Below, piece by piece: positions 60,001 through 64,000 of a stretch of DNA of 64,000 nt (its first letter is position 1; each line of letters opens with the position of its first letter). The notes under the pieces are model-generated. The model saw only the letters and a program-made list of their open reading frames with translations. It was not told the origin of the DNA and made no database searches. The DNA is from Glycera tridactyla (Eukaryota): assembly GCA_965644265.1 (NCBI GenBank), contig OZ286461.1:109182001-109246000 (forward strand). Direction: 5' to 3'. The position numbers were made by a program, and so were the translations under genes.

Positions 60001-63000
60001 NNNNNNNNNNNNNNNNNNNNNNNNNNNNNNNNNNNNNNNNNNNNNNNNNNNNNNNNNNNNNNNNNNNNNNNNNNNNNNNNNNNNNNNNNNNNNNNNNNNN
60101 NNNNNNNNNNNNNNNNNNNNNNNNNNNNNNNNNNNNNNNNNNNNNNNNNNNNNNNNNNNNNNNNNNNNNNNNNNNNNNNNNNNNNNNNNNNNNNNNNNNN
60201 NNNNNNNNNNNNNNNNNNNNCACTAACACATCCTGAAGAAGAGGTAATCCTAATTGCGTTGCTTGTGGATGCCATCTCATAGTCAAATATTTACTGCTTG
60301 ATTGAAGGAAACTATCACAAATTAAAGAAAAGTATAACAGTGTGCGAAGTATTACAACTCTTCATTGGAAGTTGATCTAACAGACATATTCAATTATTTT
60401 CATAGATAACTTTGGGACCACACCTGAATAGGCGAGTCTACTTATTGTAATCCTTCCAAATTGACAATGGGATAGAACCAGTCATCCGACAGGCTTGTAG
60501 GAGTATTCCCTCCTCTTCCTTAGATGCAACTTCGGCTAAAAGTTTAACTCTGATAAAATCCCCATTACCAGGAACAGGCAGGAAGCAATGTTACAGACTA
60601 ACCGGGAATTTGTCCCATTTATCCCAATCTCTAAATAAATGGCACTGCTCCTGTGGATTATGTTCACAAAAAAATACGTAAAGTCTAAAAGATGTTATAA
60701 GCGTGATCAGTATTACATGTTGAATCCCATCGTTCACCAAGCTCTATTGAAATCATGAATCCATAAAGTGATCTCATAGTTCATACAGGGAACTTAATTA
60801 TTGGCACAAAAGTATAAGGACACATAAATAGAGTTGTAGATACATATTTATTTTGTAGATAAAGTCCATGAATAGATGCAAATGGTAGAATATAATACGA
60901 ATGAAACCCTATTGAATATCACAAGATAATATCAGATTGACAGTCGTCAATAGCACCCATAATTCAATAAGCAAATTCAATTCATACCACTCAGATCTGG
61001 GTCAAATATCACATATGGTAAATGGTGTTGAATTCATAATACATAAATATCAGTGAATACAAGATGTAATAACCTCATAATACACAAATACACTGGATAC
61101 TCATGACAGATCAATCGAGTAGAGGTACCTCATTGTATAGAACAATTACACTCCCCCAAATGTTCAGTGTTTGAATTCAAACCTGTAGCATATGCAATGT
61201 GTCACTGTGTTCCAACGACGACTTGAGCGCTGGACGAGTGGCCACTATTGATAGCTGGAAACAAAACAAAGTCAAAGACACTGTGTCTAGATAGTTAGTG
61301 CACTTTTGATATAACTTGAAAGTTAGGGTAAAAGACCAACGATGAAGCACCGAACTTTAAAGTTGAATATATTGGTGGCCACCTAGATGCAAGTGTGATG
61401 ACGAACCACGGAGGTATAATGCATGTTCAGCTGATAGTGTAGTGTAGTGAACACTGGAACGCGTAAAGCAGTAGAAGGAGGATGTATAGAGGATTATTCA
61501 ATTCCTCTAGGGAAACGTATCCAAATCCATAGTGCTGGATAGACGTATCTCACCGTATAGGATAGTTAACTCACACACATCATCGGTGGAGTTAGTGTGC
61601 CAGTCACACCATCTCAGCAGCTAGCAGGTAATAGACTCAACGGCCTATAATAGCTGCATCCGTAAGCCAGGTGGGCGAAGTGGTGACAATGTGGCCTGAA
61701 GAGTACGCACCTCTTCAGATTACGACATCTCAGACGCGATGGCCGCTGCAAGAAGATAGAAAAAATCTCCTACCAACTGTCCAAGTATCATAAGCAAAAG
61801 TCCATTTAAAATAGTATCTTTAAACAACTCTAAAATGTTTACATGTATTTTGTTTGTTGCGTGCACTTAGTTACTTTGCAGTTGCCAGATCTATTATAGT
61901 GGGAAGGCAGGATCCCACTTTATTCCCCACTAACTAAATAGCACAAGAATTAAGCTACAAGTTACCATTGATCAAGTTACTCGAAATATTTCCACAATCA
62001 GTTGTAGAGATTGTCAAAAGACAATCAGCAAGTATCACCATTGTAAAGAAATCTCAATGCACTTAAGCCATTATCAACGGAGCAGGTACTAAGCCAACTA
62101 AGTTAATCCATCAATGAATAAGGCATCAAAATATCATCAGCTGTATCAGAGAGAGCTAAGTTCACGGGGAATGAACTAGAAAGGTGAACACACCAAGTCC
62201 TCTCTCAGTCAGCTGGGATCATGATGCAGCAGCAATACAGCGAAAAAAGTTGAAGTCCAACTGTCTGCATAAAAAGAGCAAGCACGCTTTTCAAAATAAA
62301 AAATAGTTAAGTTCTCATCAAATCAAATTCAAAAATTTGAATAAATTCTAAGTTAAGAATTCAAAATAGAGAAATTAATCTACTCAGAACAGGTGGTCTC
62401 TATAGACAGAGTCAGATGAAGTTACCACTCACCGAAGCAAAGGGCAAGATCTGAAAACAACACAAGTTCCCCCGCCCCGTCACTGTGAGTATGACCTACC
62501 TAACATAGACCGGAACGCACTAAGTCACAGCTGCAGCAGCAGCGGGGTCTAAGTTCCGATCTACCAAGTCCATGCTAAGTTCGAATTCCAAAATCCACCG
62601 AATCCCAATTTCAACCCATTACAAGCCATTTGGTAATGCCTAAAGTCGAAATTAGTCATGGAATTCCAGAAATACATGAGCTAAATGCATTTATATGCAG
62701 TCCCATGTGTCACAAACCACAAACACAAATGTGCTTACAGGGTAAGACCATGTGTAAGTCAGGTAAGCACCGCGCTAAGTTTCAGTCAAGGCGCTAAGTT
62801 CTCGCTGTCAAAACACAAATAGCAGTAAAGCCAGCGAACTGAAGTTCTACAAAAGCAATCCGTATTTACCGAGAAACAATTCCGATCAATTCTAAAGCAG
62901 CTAAAAGCTTTCATCCAAAGTGAAAAAGTTTCAAACTTGTTGAAAAGTATAAAGTGGATCGGAAGCTCAAAGTGAGGCTCATGTGTATGGCGGATGGAAA

Positions 63001-64000
63001 TCCAAAATGGCGGATTGTTTACATCTGACCGATCAGTCAGAAACAGCTGTTCTTTTCAGAACGCTCAGAAAGTATTTCGGAGCTCAAATGAAAGCGCTTA
63101 GCAGCTTATTCATCACGGAAGCAAAACAATTACAAATACCGCAGTTTGAAGGTCTAAAATCATTCCAAAAGAAATTTCCTTCGAAAACACAGCTCAACGT
63201 GAAGTCACGGATCATATAGACCTAAAATCTCAAAGTGGTCACATGTGACAGGTTGGTCTCAATACTGAGGTTTTACTCGAAAAGTAGGTCACGGGACTTA
63301 GAGACTTGACACAAGACTAAGCAAGCTTAGGATGGGTCCGTGCTTAGGATATATTGCGCTTAGGACAGAAATCAAGCTTATCAGAGTGGACCTTCTCCGA
63401 AAAGTCTAAATTCAAGCCGGGCATATGAATCACAAGCAGACACTACATGTAAACAATACCAGACTTGGTTTATCGTCCCCTTATCGTGTCTATTACGAAT
63501 ACGAGCACCATAAACATACCACCGGATCTTCAAATGACAAATACAATAGTTGTGGTCATAGAAATTGAAATACCATCAAGCTAGCATTTGATCGTTAAAC
63601 AAACAAGCTATACAAGCCAAAATAGATTCAGAAAACCGAGATTCAAGCATATTTGATCGGTCGATTAATCGATTAATCGATCAGTTAACCGTCCAGAATT
63701 TCCAGATTTTCACACCATATGAATGACGTTTGAGTATTACCTTCTCTAAACAAGCCGTTTCAATGAAAATACAGTTCTCAATAAAGAATTTCACTTGGAA
63801 ATGAAAAGATTGACTGGATCTCTATTCATATGTTTAGGAAAGCTAAAGAAAACAGATCAGCTGTGTGTGCTATTTACGAAACCAGCAGCAAAAGTTCACC
63901 TAAGCGGTGACCTGGTTAGTACACATGACATCGAGCTGCCATTGTCATACTGAGCTAGACATGTTCATTTCAACTCAGCCTACATGGACTGGTAGAGTTG

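Noticed and set aside
62983-63219. 78-aa plus-strand ORF near the YY1-like motif
   Set aside because: No recognisable motif or splice support; likely chance.

Overview
Eukaryotic (marine invertebrate-type, probably lophotrochozoan or deuterostome; taxon not determinable) genomic window with many N gaps. I assembled four multi-exon genes by hand with phase-consistent GT-AG junctions: a 176-aa signal/anchor plus SRPBCC (START-like) protein (+, 2872-4830), METTL22 (-, 9461-17713, 9 exons, 363 aa), CANT1 calcium-activated nucleotidase (+, 19286-22993, 3 exons, 402 aa, head-to-head with METTL22) and UBFD1 (-, 41149-55862, 7 exons, 296 aa). There is also a partial, unidentified minus-strand gene model (34627-38531) and a minus-strand chain of strong splice sites at 60.5-62.8 kb. 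Introns and intergenic DNA are dense with non-autonomous elements: pogo/Tc1-type CAGT MITEs with TA TSDs, CAGGG-ended MITEs with 5-bp TSDs, DINE-1-like Helentron-associated elements (HINEs) with tandem arrays, a foldback element, two SINE families and two 5'-truncated LINE remnants just upstream of UBFD1. Highlights are a four-level TE nest in the last UBFD1 intron and a candidate structured RNA in a SINE head. No tRNA, rRNA or CRISPR array was found. Gene names come from recalled protein motifs, not database searches.
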